DNA from: Candidatus Poribacteria bacterium
GTDB lineage: Bacteria; Poribacteria; WGA-4E; JAJDTR01
Length of the DNA stretch: 64,000 nt
Assembly (NCBI GenBank): GCA_965232535.1
Contig: CBDDPW010000022.1
Span: forward strand, 512,519-576,518
Reading direction: 5' to 3'
The notes below the pieces were generated by a model, which saw only the letters and a list, made by a program, of their open reading frames with translations, was not told the DNA's origin and searched no databases. Below are positions 44,556-54,437 of this stretch, piece after piece. The position numbers and the translations under genes are program-made. Position 1 is the stretch's first letter. Each line of letters starts with the position of its first letter.

Positions 44556-45923
44556 ATGAAAGCAATTATAATAGGAGCCGGGGAAGTTGGCTTCCACACT
44601 GCGCGGGTGCTAACGGCCGAAAGGGACAACGATGTTGTGCTTATCGACCAGTCAGCTACGGTCTGTCAACGTGCCCAAGAACAGTTGGATCTAATTGCGC
44701 TTCAAGGATCGGGCGCGTCTCCAACCCTTCTGAAGAGGGCGGGGATTGAAGATGCGGGTTTGTTAATTGCCGTGACAAACAGTGATGAAATAAATATCCT
44801 CGCGTGCACGATTGCAGCCCAATTCCGAGTCCGAACAAAAGTCGCGCGCGTCTCCTCGCCGGAATACTTTGAAGAGCAGAGCAGCCTCCGTCCGGAAGAC
44901 CTGAAGATAGATCTTCTCATCAATCCTGAACAACTCTGTGCACAAGAATTTTATCGTCTCCTGAACACGCCTGAAACGCGTGAAATCGTCGAATTTGAGG
45001 ATGGAAAAGTTCGGTTAGTTGCCTTCCGCGTAAAATCGCCGAACCCGTTTCAGGGAAAATCCATGATTCAGCTTGGTAGGGAAGGGCTGGTTTCCAATCT
45101 GAGATTCACCGGGATTAAGCGCGTAGACGGCGCAACAGTTGTTCCTAAAGGCAACGACGTGATTTACGAAGGGGACGAGGTATTTGCAATCGGAAGTCAA
45201 GAAGCCATTGCAGTTCTGCTAGAACGTTCAGGGGTTTCCCTTGATGAAAAATTGAATCGCGTGGCTATCGCGGGAGCAGGACGAATCGGGATATATCTCG
45301 CTCAGACGCTTGAACAGGACGGCGTGAGCGTCAAGCTAATCGAAGTGGATAGAGAAAAGGCGGAGATTGCCTCAAGGACTCTGAAACGCACTACCGTTCT
45401 CCATGGGGATTACCTTAAACCCGGTTTTCTTGAGGAGGCGGGTGTCCAAGAAGTCGACGGATTCGTCTCCGTGACCGGGGATGATGAGAATGACGTTATG
45501 GCCTGTGTCACGGCAAAACAGAGCGGCGCCGCGCGTGTTCTGGCATTGGTTCAGCAACCGCGTTATCTACCCATCCTCGCAGCCATTCCCACACTTGATT
45601 CGGCGGTGAGCCGCCATTTGACCGCGGTCGGAAGCATCTTAAGCCTTGTTCGAAGAGGGCACATCGTATCGGTAGCATCACTTCGAGAAATAGACGCGGA
45701 AGTCATTGACATCGTAGCGGAAGCCGATTCCAAAATCGTTCGCAAAGATTTGATTTCACTGGGACGAAGGTTTCCTCGTGACGCACTCATTGGTGCCATT
45801 GTGCGGCGCGAAAAAGTGTTAGTACCTACGGGGAAAAGCGTTATTCAGGTGGGTGACCGCGTCATTATCTTTAGCATGCCCCACGCGATCCCAGAAATTG
45901 AGGATCTTTTTACGGCGCGGTAG
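44556..45923 (+). CDS. trkA: Trk potassium uptake regulatory subunit
   Basis: Two RCK modules (GAGEVG, GAGRIG). Confidence 0.95.
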   Translation: MKAIIIGAGEVGFHTARVLTAERDNDVVLIDQSATVCQRAQEQLDLIALQGSGASPTLLKRAGIEDAGLLIAVTNSDEINILACTIAAQFRVRTKVARVSSPEYFEEQSSLRPEDLKIDLLINPEQLCAQEFYRLLNTPETREIVEFEDGKVRLVAFRVKSPNPFQGKSMIQLGREGLVSNLRFTGIKRVDGATVVPKGNDVIYEGDEVFAIGSQEAIAVLLERSGVSLDEKLNRVAIAGAGRIGIYLAQTLEQDGVSVKLIEVDREKAEIASRTLKRTTVLHGDYLKPGFLEEAGVQEVDGFVSVTGDDENDVMACVTAKQSGAARVLALVQQPRYLPILAAIPTLDSAVSRHLTAVGSILSLVRRGHIVSVASLREIDAEVIDIVAEADSKIVRKDLISLGRRFPRDALIGAIVRREKVLVPTGKSVIQVGDRVIIFSMPHAIPEIEDLFTAR

Positions 45924-46100
45924 CTCTTTAGCAGTTGATTCCACGGTGCCCCGGACAGTGGGTTCGGTTGCCGCATGCGGCAGTATTAAGCGCTTCCGGG
46001 AATCGAGTTCTTACGCAGACAAGCACAACCCATCCCTTGTGCGATTTTAACCGTACTCCGCGATCCAATGGATCACAAATTTCCTACCCTCTAGTCAATC

Positions 46101-47597
46101 TTGAATTTTAGATTAGTTCTTTACACACTTGGCAACCTGCTGATTTTCCTCTCCGGGTCGATGCTCCTTCCTCTCGTTGTGACCTTGATTTATAGAGGGA
46201 CTAAAGGCGATACCGACCTTTGGGCATTCGTGTATTCTTTTGCGATTACATGTCTGATAGGTGTTGTCTTGCGCTTTACTACCAGGTCGAAGCAAGAACT
46301 GCGGAATAAGGAGGGAGCCGCAGTTGTCGCGTTCGGTTGGACCGCATGCGCGCTATTCGGGGCCCTCCCCTACCTCTTCCATGGCGTTTTTGGCGACATC
46401 GACGGGAATATCTTGCTTGAGTTTTCGTTCTGTTTTTTTGAATCCATGTCGGGGTTTACGACTACGGGAGCGACAGTCCTCACGCAGATTGAAGGGATTC
46501 CCGAAGGCATACTCTTTTGGCGCAGTTTTACCCACTGGCTAGGCGGGATGGGAATCGTTGTTTTGGCCGTCGCAATTCTGCCGATGCTCGGCGTCGGAGG
46601 GATGCAGTTGTTCCGTGCGGAAGCGCCGGGGCCTCAAAAAGAGCGTTTAACACCGCGAATCGCCCAGACGGCGAAATTACTCTGGGGCGTCTACGTGCTC
46701 CTTTCGGCGGTCGAGGTTTTATTGTTATGGTTAGGGGGCATGACGTGGTTCGACGCGCTTTGTCATACGTTTGGCACGATGGCGACTGGGGGGTTTTCTA
46801 CCAAAAATCTGAGCATTGGTCAGTATGACAGTGTTTATTTCGATGTAGTGATTACTATCTTTATGTTCCTCGCCGGGACCAATTTTGCTCTGCATTACCG
46901 CGCGCTGCGCGGAAACTTTAACAGTTATCTCAGAGACGCCGAATTTCGCTTTTACGGACTCATCTTCCTTCTGTGTACAGGGTTAATCGTTTGGAACACG
47001 ATGAGCATGAAAGTGGGAGAAACTGTCGTCTATGATTCGTTTGGAGACGCGCTGCGCTATGCTTCCTTTCAGGTCGGCGCCATCATTACAGGGACCGGTT
47101 ATGGAACTTATGACTTCGAATCATGGCCCGCACTTTCGCAATTTCTATTGGTGGTTCTCATGTTCTTTGGCGGGTGCGCCGGATCTACGACCGGCGGGTT
47201 GAAGCAGATACGATTTCTACTCCTAATCAAACAGGGGTATGTGGAGATAGAAAGATTTATACTCCCGTACGCGGTATTACCTGTCAAAGTGGGCGATCGA
47301 GTCGTTCCACAGGAGGTCATGACCAATGTGCTCGGATTCTTTTTTCTCTTTATCGGCATCTTCGCCATTGTGACCTGCTTAATGGCGGCGCTTGGATTGG
47401 ATCTCGTTAGCGCGGCGGCCTCGACTATTGCAACGATGGCAAACATTGGCCCGGGACTGGGCAGCGTGGGGCCTACTGACAATTACGCCCACATCCCGAC
47501 AGTCGGGAAACTCATTCTTAGCTTCTGTATGTTGCTGGGACGTTTGGAGTTATATACCGTGCTGGTTCTGTTCGCCCCCGAGCTATGGAGAAAATGA
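46101..47597 (+). CDS. trkH: Trk potassium uptake membrane subunit
   Basis: FESMSGFTTTG, WLGGMG, GGCAGSTTGG, GRLE. Confidence 0.96.
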   Translation: MNFRLVLYTLGNLLIFLSGSMLLPLVVTLIYRGTKGDTDLWAFVYSFAITCLIGVVLRFTTRSKQELRNKEGAAVVAFGWTACALFGALPYLFHGVFGDIDGNILLEFSFCFFESMSGFTTTGATVLTQIEGIPEGILFWRSFTHWLGGMGIVVLAVAILPMLGVGGMQLFRAEAPGPQKERLTPRIAQTAKLLWGVYVLLSAVEVLLLWLGGMTWFDALCHTFGTMATGGFSTKNLSIGQYDSVYFDVVITIFMFLAGTNFALHYRALRGNFNSYLRDAEFRFYGLIFLLCTGLIVWNTMSMKVGETVVYDSFGDALRYASFQVGAIITGTGYGTYDFESWPALSQFLLVVLMFFGGCAGSTTGGLKQIRFLLLIKQGYVEIERFILPYAVLPVKVGDRVVPQEVMTNVLGFFFLFIGIFAIVTCLMAALGLDLVSAAASTIATMANIGPGLGSVGPTDNYAHIPTVGKLILSFCMLLGRLELYTVLVLFAPELWRK

Positions 47598-47633
47598 TCC
47601 GTACGGCACATAGCGTGAAAGCATGGGATAAAT

Positions 47634-48272
47634 ATGGAAACAGATGAACTTCGTCGAGAGTACAATTCCGACGGCTTGCGAGAATCGGATGCGGCTGAAA
47701 ACCCGTTTGACCAATTTGAACTTTGGTTGCAACAGGCAGTTGACGCGAAAATCGATCTGCCGGACGCCATGACGCTCGCCACGGTGTCAAAGGATGGAAT
47801 CCCGTCGGCGAGAATAGTTCTGCTCCGGGGATTCGATGAACGCGGTTTGGTATTTTTTACGGATTACCAGAGTCAAAAAGGACAGGAACTGGATGAAAAC
47901 CCGCATGCCGCATTGGTTTTCTATTGGCGGGAGTTAGACCGGCAAATCCGGGTTTCGGGAACAGTAAACACGGTTTCGCATGAAGAATCGGAAAAATATT
48001 TCCGAAGCCGCCCTGTCGGTAGTCAGTTGGCAGCTTTGGCGTCAAACCAAGGCGAAGTCATTCCTGACCGGCAAAAATTAGAGAGTAAATACAAGCAACT
48101 GGCGGAAACCTATCGGCATAAGGAGATTCCACTTCCGTCGCACTGGGGCGGATTTCGTCTATCGCCCCACTGGTTCGAGTTCTGGCAGGGGCGCCCCAAC
48201 CGCCTGCATGATCGTCTCCGCTATACCCGGCGTTCCGATGAAGGCTGGAAAATCGAACGGCTATCACCATAG
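47634..48272 (+). CDS. pdxH: Pyridoxamine 5'-phosphate oxidase
   Basis: PSARIVLL, EFWQGRPNRLHDR. Confidence 0.97.
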   Translation: METDELRREYNSDGLRESDAAENPFDQFELWLQQAVDAKIDLPDAMTLATVSKDGIPSARIVLLRGFDERGLVFFTDYQSQKGQELDENPHAALVFYWRELDRQIRVSGTVNTVSHEESEKYFRSRPVGSQLAALASNQGEVIPDRQKLESKYKQLAETYRHKEIPLPSHWGGFRLSPHWFEFWQGRPNRLHDRLRYTRRSDEGWKIERLSP

Positions 48273-48324
48273 AATATTTTCGTAAAGACACCAATTCAGC
48301 TCGTGTTCGAAGTCGAAAAAAGTC

Positions 48325-48353
48325 TTGACACCGTTCACAGAGTATGTGATAAT
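48325..48353 (+). promoter_or_regulatory. Sigma-70 promoter upstream of the nuo operon
   Basis: TTGACA-17 bp-GATAAT. Confidence 0.7.
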
Positions 48354-48595
48354 ATAGCCGCTTTTCGACTAATTGGCAGGTAGCATAGAGGACGGGTTGT
48401 TGTAACCTGTTCCCAAGAGTTGACACGGATTGTCCCACGGGTGAACCACGCGATTGGATATTGCGTGTGTCCGATGTCTTTGTCTTCTATATGGAATTAG
48501 GATTTGCCCCGTTGCAATGTATCTTCGTTCTTCGTAAATCGGATTTTGAAACTAGAAAATGGGCTGCATCTTGCCCACTTCTTTTTGGTTTGGGC

Positions 48596-48613
48596 ATGTG
48601 AAAAATTTCACAA
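48596..48613. promoter_or_regulatory. Rex operator
   Basis: ATGTGAAAAATTTCACAA vs consensus TTGTGAAnnnnTTCACAA, 55 bp before nuoA. Confidence 0.7.
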
Positions 48614-48668
48614 GCGCAACCGTCCCGGCGACATATCTTGATCTGAGCACATCGTTCAGCGCACACGA

Positions 48669-49037
48669 ATGCTAATTGATTACCTGCCTATTCTGCTGTT
48701 ATTGGTTTTTGCCATCGGGTTTGCGGCTATCAACCTCGTCCTTTCTCATCTCCTCGGTCCAAAGAAACCGACCCCATCGAAGCTTTCCGTCTACGAATCC
48801 GGCGTTCAACCTGTGGGAAACGCGCGCCAGCGATTCACCATTCGATTCGATCTCATCGCCATGCTTTTCATTATTTTTGATATTGAGGTGGTGTTTCTGT
48901 ATCCTTGGGCGATTGTATTCAAGAAATTCTCGGAGAGCAGCGGCTATTTCATTTTAATCGAGATGCTGGTTTTCATCGGCATTCTCTTTTTGGGTTACAT
49001 CTACGCGTGGAAGAAAGGTGGTTTGACATGGGATTAG
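48669..49037 (+). CDS. nuoA: NADH-quinone oxidoreductase subunit A
   Basis: YESG, FIIFDIE, WKKG. Confidence 0.96.
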   Translation: MLIDYLPILLLLVFAIGFAAINLVLSHLLGPKKPTPSKLSVYESGVQPVGNARQRFTIRFDLIAMLFIIFDIEVVFLYPWAIVFKKFSESSGYFILIEMLVFIGILFLGYIYAWKKGGLTWD

Positions 49038-49540
49038 AAAATAAATCTGACGATAATATCATCACCACCACTGTCGACAAGGTGATCAATTGGGGACGAA
49101 AAAACTCGCTCTGGCCGATGCCGTTCGGGACAGCATGTTGCGCCATTGAAATGATGGCTACGCTCGCATCGAAGTATGATCTGTCGCGCTTTGGGGCGGA
49201 AGCCATCCGATTTTCACCTCGCCAATCGGATTTGCTAATTGTTTCCGGTCGAATTTCGCTCAAAATGATGCCGGTGCTGAAGAAAATTTACGATCAGATG
49301 CCGGAACCCAAGTGGGTTATCTCAATGGGGGCGTGCGCGTCTTGTGGCGGCGTGTTTGATACGTACACGTTGATCCAGGGTGTCGATCAGTTTCTTCCCG
49401 TTGATATGTATATTCCCGGTTGCCCACCCCGCCCCGAGGATTTGATTGATGCGGTGATGCAGATTCAGCGCCAAATCGACGCGGGTGAATTGCCCAAAGG
49501 TACAATTCCCGACGCGAACAGCGCTAGTGTCGCAGGATAA
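49028..49540 (+). CDS. nuoB: NADH-quinone oxidoreductase subunit B
   Basis: [22 protein letters not shown]. Confidence 0.97.
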   Translation: MGLENKSDDNIITTTVDKVINWGRKNSLWPMPFGTACCAIEMMATLASKYDLSRFGAEAIRFSPRQSDLLIVSGRISLKMMPVLKKIYDQMPEPKWVISMGACASCGGVFDTYTLIQGVDQFLPVDMYIPGCPPRPEDLIDAVMQIQRQIDAGELPKGTIPDANSASVAG

Positions 49541-49546
49541 ATCATC

Positions 49547-50101
49547 ATGAGCGAAGAAGAAAAAGACACCACGAGTTCAGGAAAATCACCTGTTGTTTTT
49601 GAGAGGGTCAAGAAACAATTTCAGGATGGTGTCCTTGATCTCTCGGAGGAGTTTGACGAGTTATCGCTTGTCGTGCGCAAAGATTCTGTATACGAAATCT
49701 TGGAATTCCTCAAAAACGACGCCGAGCTCTCGTACGATTTTCTCGTTGATGTCACCGCGGTTGATTATTCTCAGATGGAGGACGTGCTGACGAAGTACGA
49801 TTATGCACGATTCATGGTGGTCTATCACCTTTACTCCTATAAAACGGGTAACCGCCTGCGTGTTAAGGCGCCGGTGCATGAAAAAGAGTTGTCGGTCCGC
49901 TCGGTAATATCACTTTGGAAGGGCGCGGCTTGGCTGGAGCGAGAGGCGTATGATATGTTTGGGATTACCTTCGAGAACCACCCGGATCTTCGACGAATTT
50001 TGATGCCGGACGATTTTGAAGGGTACCCGCTCTGCAAAGATTATCCGTTGCGCGGTCGCGGCGAACGTGAAACCTTTGATTTTGAACGTCAAAATGCCTA
50101 A
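49547..50101 (+). CDS. nuoC: NADH-quinone oxidoreductase subunit C
   Basis: WLEREAYDMFG, HPDLRRIL. Confidence 0.96.
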   Translation: MSEEEKDTTSSGKSPVVFERVKKQFQDGVLDLSEEFDELSLVVRKDSVYEILEFLKNDAELSYDFLVDVTAVDYSQMEDVLTKYDYARFMVVYHLYSYKTGNRLRVKAPVHEKELSVRSVISLWKGAAWLEREAYDMFGITFENHPDLRRILMPDDFEGYPLCKDYPLRGRGERETFDFERQNA

Positions 50102-50142
50102 CCTCAATTCAAACCGGTCTTGACGAGGGAGACAAACGAGAT

Positions 50143-51339
50143 ATGCACGCAGATATGGAACGGGTCGCGGGCGAAAAGATGATGTTGAACTTCGGTCCTC
50201 AACATCCGGCGACGCACGGCACGCTCCGGATCGTTTTGGAACTTGACGGCGAAACGGTCGTCAAAGCCACGCCTCATCTCGGCTACCTCCATACCGGTTT
50301 TGAAAAACTCGGTGAACACCTTGACTACAATCAGTACATTGTTGTCACGGACCGGATGAATTATCTCTCGCCCCTTTCCAACAACTTTGGCTACGTCCTC
50401 GCTGTTGAAAAACTGCTCGGCTTAGAAATACCCAAGCGCGGCGAGTACGTGCGGGTTATCATGGCGGAGTTGTCTCGTCTTGCCGATCATCTCATCTGGT
50501 TGGGAATGGGCGCTCTCGATCTTGGCGCTTTCACCGCGTTTCTCTACGGATTCAAAGAGCGTGAAAAACTGTACAATATCTTCGAAAAGACGACAGGAGC
50601 CCGCTTGACCACGAGCTACACCCGCGTCGGCGGTGTCTTGAGAGATTTGTATGACGGATTTGAGGAAGAAGTCAATGCGTTTCTTTCAGCGTTTCCGAAA
50701 ACGCTCAAGGAGGTGCACACGCTTCTCACACGAAATCGTATCTGGATGGATCGGACGAAGGAGGTTGGCGTTATCTCAGGCGAAGATGCCATCAGTTACG
50801 GTTTGACGGGACCTTGTCTGCGAGCCTCCGGCGTAGGACATGACCTGAGAAAGGCTGAACCCTATTCGTCTTACGAGGATTTCGATTTTGACGTGGCGGT
50901 GGGCGACAACGGAGACGTGTACGACCGCTATCTCGTTCGGATGGAGGAGATGGTGCAGAGTTGTCATATCGTTAGACAGGCGATGGACAATCTTCCCGAT
51001 GGGCCCGTCAATGTTCCGGATAACAAGATTATTCTCCCCGAGAAAAAAGACGCTTACAGTCACATCGAGGGGTTAATCCACCACTTCAAGATAATTATGG
51101 ATGGGCACGGCGTTCAGCCGCCGCGCGGTGAGATTTATTCCGCCACCGAGTCGCCGAACGGAGAACTCGGATTCTACATCGTCAGCGATGGAAGTGGCAC
51201 TGCCTATCGGATACGTATTCGTCCACCGAGTCTGCTGCAATACCAGGTGGTACCTCACATGATCGAGGGGGGCATGGTATCGGACGTCGTTGCTGTGCTG
51301 GGAAGCTTGAACGTTATTGCCGGGGAGTTGGATCGATAG
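50143..51339 (+). CDS. nuoD: NADH-quinone oxidoreductase subunit D
   Basis: GPQHPATHG, GELDR. Confidence 0.97.
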   Translation: MHADMERVAGEKMMLNFGPQHPATHGTLRIVLELDGETVVKATPHLGYLHTGFEKLGEHLDYNQYIVVTDRMNYLSPLSNNFGYVLAVEKLLGLEIPKRGEYVRVIMAELSRLADHLIWLGMGALDLGAFTAFLYGFKEREKLYNIFEKTTGARLTTSYTRVGGVLRDLYDGFEEEVNAFLSAFPKTLKEVHTLLTRNRIWMDRTKEVGVISGEDAISYGLTGPCLRASGVGHDLRKAEPYSSYEDFDFDVAVGDNGDVYDRYLVRMEEMVQSCHIVRQAMDNLPDGPVNVPDNKIILPEKKDAYSHIEGLIHHFKIIMDGHGVQPPRGEIYSATESPNGELGFYIVSDGSGTAYRIRIRPPSLLQYQVVPHMIEGGMVSDVVAVLGSLNVIAGELDR

Positions 51340-51388
51340 ATTAGGCTGCCGCTTATGTTTAAGTTAAGATAACATTCGAGGGAGTTGT

Positions 51389-51730
51389 GTGAATCTCGGG
51401 GGCATCATACTCTTTATCAAGGATATGCAGGCTGCTATCGCGTATTACCGGGATATCATCGGCCTGCATCCGGACGAAGAGCAACCGTATTCGGCTGAGA
51501 GTTTTTTCCGCTTTGACACCGGACAGTGTAAACTCTGTCTCCACAAAGCGGGTAAGCCGAACGGCGGGAGACAGAAGATTGTCTTTCACGTTGAGAGCGT
51601 CAACGACATCCATCGAAACTTGAAGGCTAAAGGATTGCAACTGAGACCATTGAAGAACGAGGATGGGCTAGCCGTATTTGACATTAGAGACCCTGAAGGA
51701 AACCGGATTCAGTTTTGGGGGGCCTACTAG
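51389..51730 (+). CDS. VOC/glyoxalase family protein
   Basis: LFIKDM...YYRDIIGL...RDPEGNRIQ. Confidence 0.85.
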   Translation: MNLGGIILFIKDMQAAIAYYRDIIGLHPDEEQPYSAESFFRFDTGQCKLCLHKAGKPNGGRQKIVFHVESVNDIHRNLKAKGLQLRPLKNEDGLAVFDIRDPEGNRIQFWGAY

Positions 51731-52051
51731 CCGGTTTCATCTGTAAAATTTTTCACGTTCGCGTTGAGATTCTGTTTGAAGAATAGGTGGCAAACCAATC
51801 TTAGGTCATTTGAATTGGGATATACTCATAAATTCTATCGCACAAGTATCTCTATTGCCCTCCTTTATCGGTCGGTATCGCACCTGACAAGGAATGGTGG
51901 GCAGTGCCCACCCTACAGTTGTAAAAAGTCAGCTCAGGTATACCCCGGAAATCTGTACATCTTGCGAGCGTCGAATTGCATGAAGTGGGGTAAACTTAAA
52001 GGCTGCAAAAGGTTATAGTAACTTTACCTTTGGCTTAGAAGGAAATTGTAG

Positions 52052-52573
52052 ATGTCTGATGAGTTGATTCATATCGAATCACCATTTCAATTCTCAGAAT
52101 CAAACAGACAGGAAGTTGATGAACTCATCCAGCGGTATCCGGTGAAGGAAGCCGCTATGCTGCCCGTTCTCCATATCGCACAGAAGCAGGCAGGATACAT
52201 TACGCCGGGAGTCATGAGACACGTCGCAGAACTCTTGGAGGTGTCCGTGATGAAGGTCAAGGATGTGGTGACGTTCTATCCGATGTTCTTTGAGGAGCCT
52301 GTGGGCAAGTATGTGATTCGTGTTTGTTACACGCTGCCCTGCGCACTGCGCGATTGCAAATTGGTGCTGGATCATCTTAAAGAGAAACTCGGCACAGGAG
52401 TGGCTTCCGAGACGGACTTGGCGAAGGGAACAACCGATGACGGAAAATTTACCGTTCTCAAGTCGGAGTGCCTCGCGTCTTGTGATGTTGCACCGGTAAT
52501 GATGGTCAACGATGACCTATACAAAAACCTCACTCCGGAAAAAGTCGACGAAATTCTGGGCGGCCTAACGTAA
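52052..52573 (+). CDS. nuoE: NADH-quinone oxidoreductase subunit E
   Basis: TFYPMF, C-X4-C...CLASC-APV. Confidence 0.95.
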   Translation: MSDELIHIESPFQFSESNRQEVDELIQRYPVKEAAMLPVLHIAQKQAGYITPGVMRHVAELLEVSVMKVKDVVTFYPMFFEEPVGKYVIRVCYTLPCALRDCKLVLDHLKEKLGTGVASETDLAKGTTDDGKFTVLKSECLASCDVAPVMMVNDDLYKNLTPEKVDEILGGLT

Positions 52574-52588
52574 GGTGAGGACAGAGCC

Positions 52589-54061
52589 ATGATTCAAGAA
52601 CGACGAATACTTTACGAACACCTTGATGTCCCAGGTATGAACACTTATGATGTGTTTCGCCAGTACGATGGCTACAAACGCTTCGAGCAGGCGCTTGAGG
52701 AGTATCAACCGGACGAGATTTCCGACATGGTGATGAAGTCGGGATTGAAAGGCAGAGGCGGCGCGGGATTCTCGACCGGACTAAAATGGAGTTTTGTGCC
52801 GCGCGATATCGAGCCACGTTACCTGTGTTGCAATGCCGATGAGAGCGAACCCGGCACCTTCAGCAATCGATATGTCTTGGAGAAAAACCCGCACCTGCTC
52901 ATTGAGGGCATTCTTATATGTTGCTACGCGATGGGGATTCATACCACATACATCTATATTCGCGGCGAATTTACACTCGGCAAGCAAATGCTCGATCAAG
53001 CGATCGCGGAAGCCTACGAGCACGGGTATTTGGGCAAGGATATCCTCGGCAAGGGTTTTGATTTGGATGTGTATTCTCACCCGGGCGCCGGAGCCTATAT
53101 CTGTGGCGAGGAGACGGGGCTGATTGAATCGCTGGAAGGAAAACGGGGCCAACCTCGAAACAAACCGCCATTCCCGGCAGTGTCCGGCGTGTTCAACAAA
53201 CCGACTGTCGTGCAGAATGTGGAGACATTGTGCAATTTGCCGTTCATCATTGATAAAGGCGTCGAATGGTACACGAGCATGGGTCCCACCTACGGCGACA
53301 CGAGATTCGATCCGCCTCAGGCTGACCAAAACACCGGCACAAAACTTTACTGCATCAGCGGAGATGTAGAAAAACCCGGCGTTTATGAGCTAGACCTCGG
53401 ACTCACCTGCGAAGAACTGATTGAAGTTGCGGGAGGACTCAGGGGCGATCGCGTAAAAGCCGTCATCCCAGGTGGCAGTTCGGCACCAATCCTGACGCAC
53501 TATGAGTTGGACACGCGCTTGGACTTCACTTCCCTGACGTTGGCAAAGTCGATGCTCGGCTCCGGGGGTATCATTGTAATGAATGATTCCCGAAACATCG
53601 TCGATTGTCTGCTGAACATCATAAAATTTTATGCCCACGAATCGTGTGGACAGTGCACACCGTGCCGTTGGGGGACACCTTGGGTGCGGGATATCGTTCA
53701 ACGAATCGCGGATGGCGAGGGACGTAAATCCACGATTGCCCGACCAAAGTTTGGTGTCGCGGAAAACGGCAGATGGGGCGACACCGGGGAGATGGAGGAA
53801 ATCTTTGAGGATCTTGACTTGCTGGAGAGCGTTGCGAACAACATCGCGAATGTGGATACGATGACGTGGAATACGATTTGTGTCTTTGGTATCGCTGTTT
53901 CATGGCCTGCCGTGAGCTACATGCGCAAGTTCCGACCCGAGTTTGAAGCCTGCATTCGCGAGAGCAAGCTGGTTACCCTCCCGGTCGACGAAGCGACGGT
54001 TCCACCCGAAGAAAATTATGCGTACCAACAGCGGATTATCCCCAAGCTGCTTGAAACGTAA
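52589..54061 (+). CDS. nuoF: NADH-quinone oxidoreductase subunit F
   Basis: GRGGAGF, NADESEPG, YICGEET, ESCGQCTPCR. Confidence 0.97.
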   Translation: MIQERRILYEHLDVPGMNTYDVFRQYDGYKRFEQALEEYQPDEISDMVMKSGLKGRGGAGFSTGLKWSFVPRDIEPRYLCCNADESEPGTFSNRYVLEKNPHLLIEGILICCYAMGIHTTYIYIRGEFTLGKQMLDQAIAEAYEHGYLGKDILGKGFDLDVYSHPGAGAYICGEETGLIESLEGKRGQPRNKPPFPAVSGVFNKPTVVQNVETLCNLPFIIDKGVEWYTSMGPTYGDTRFDPPQADQNTGTKLYCISGDVEKPGVYELDLGLTCEELIEVAGGLRGDRVKAVIPGGSSAPILTHYELDTRLDFTSLTLAKSMLGSGGIIVMNDSRNIVDCLLNIIKFYAHESCGQCTPCRWGTPWVRDIVQRIADGEGRKSTIARPKFGVAENGRWGDTGEMEEIFEDLDLLESVANNIANVDTMTWNTICVFGIAVSWPAVSYMRKFRPEFEACIRESKLVTLPVDEATVPPEENYAYQQRIIPKLLET

Positions 54062-54124
54062 ATTGTAGTGTAACGGATTGCGCGTCTTGGATTAGATGTC
54101 ACATGTAGATTCGAAATTGTATAA

Positions 54125-54253
54125 GTACCTGTTTGAAGAGTCCGAATCCGTCTTGGACGAAGGCTATTTTGAGTTAGATGCCTTGAGAATCCGATGACTT
54201 TACCCCTCAAATGACCAAACAATAACTTTACTACCTACTTTTCAAACTGGTTC
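54125..54253. mobile_element. 129-bp IS5-derived MITE
   Basis: First ~70 bp align with the reverse complement of the IS5 end at 26161-26231; TAA on both flanks. Confidence 0.75.
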
Positions 54254-54437
54254 TAAGCTGGGCTTTGTACATTTGAAAGACACAACAGTCAGCAATAATC
54301 AATTGTTTCCGGATAACGGAGAAGATTTTTATTCTCTCGGCCTTTGTGGTTGACCTTTGAAAAAATCGCTGGTAATTTCCAGTACCATCACGACGGGGCA
54401 AGGTGCCCCGCATGATTCCTATGAAGGAGATAAATTC

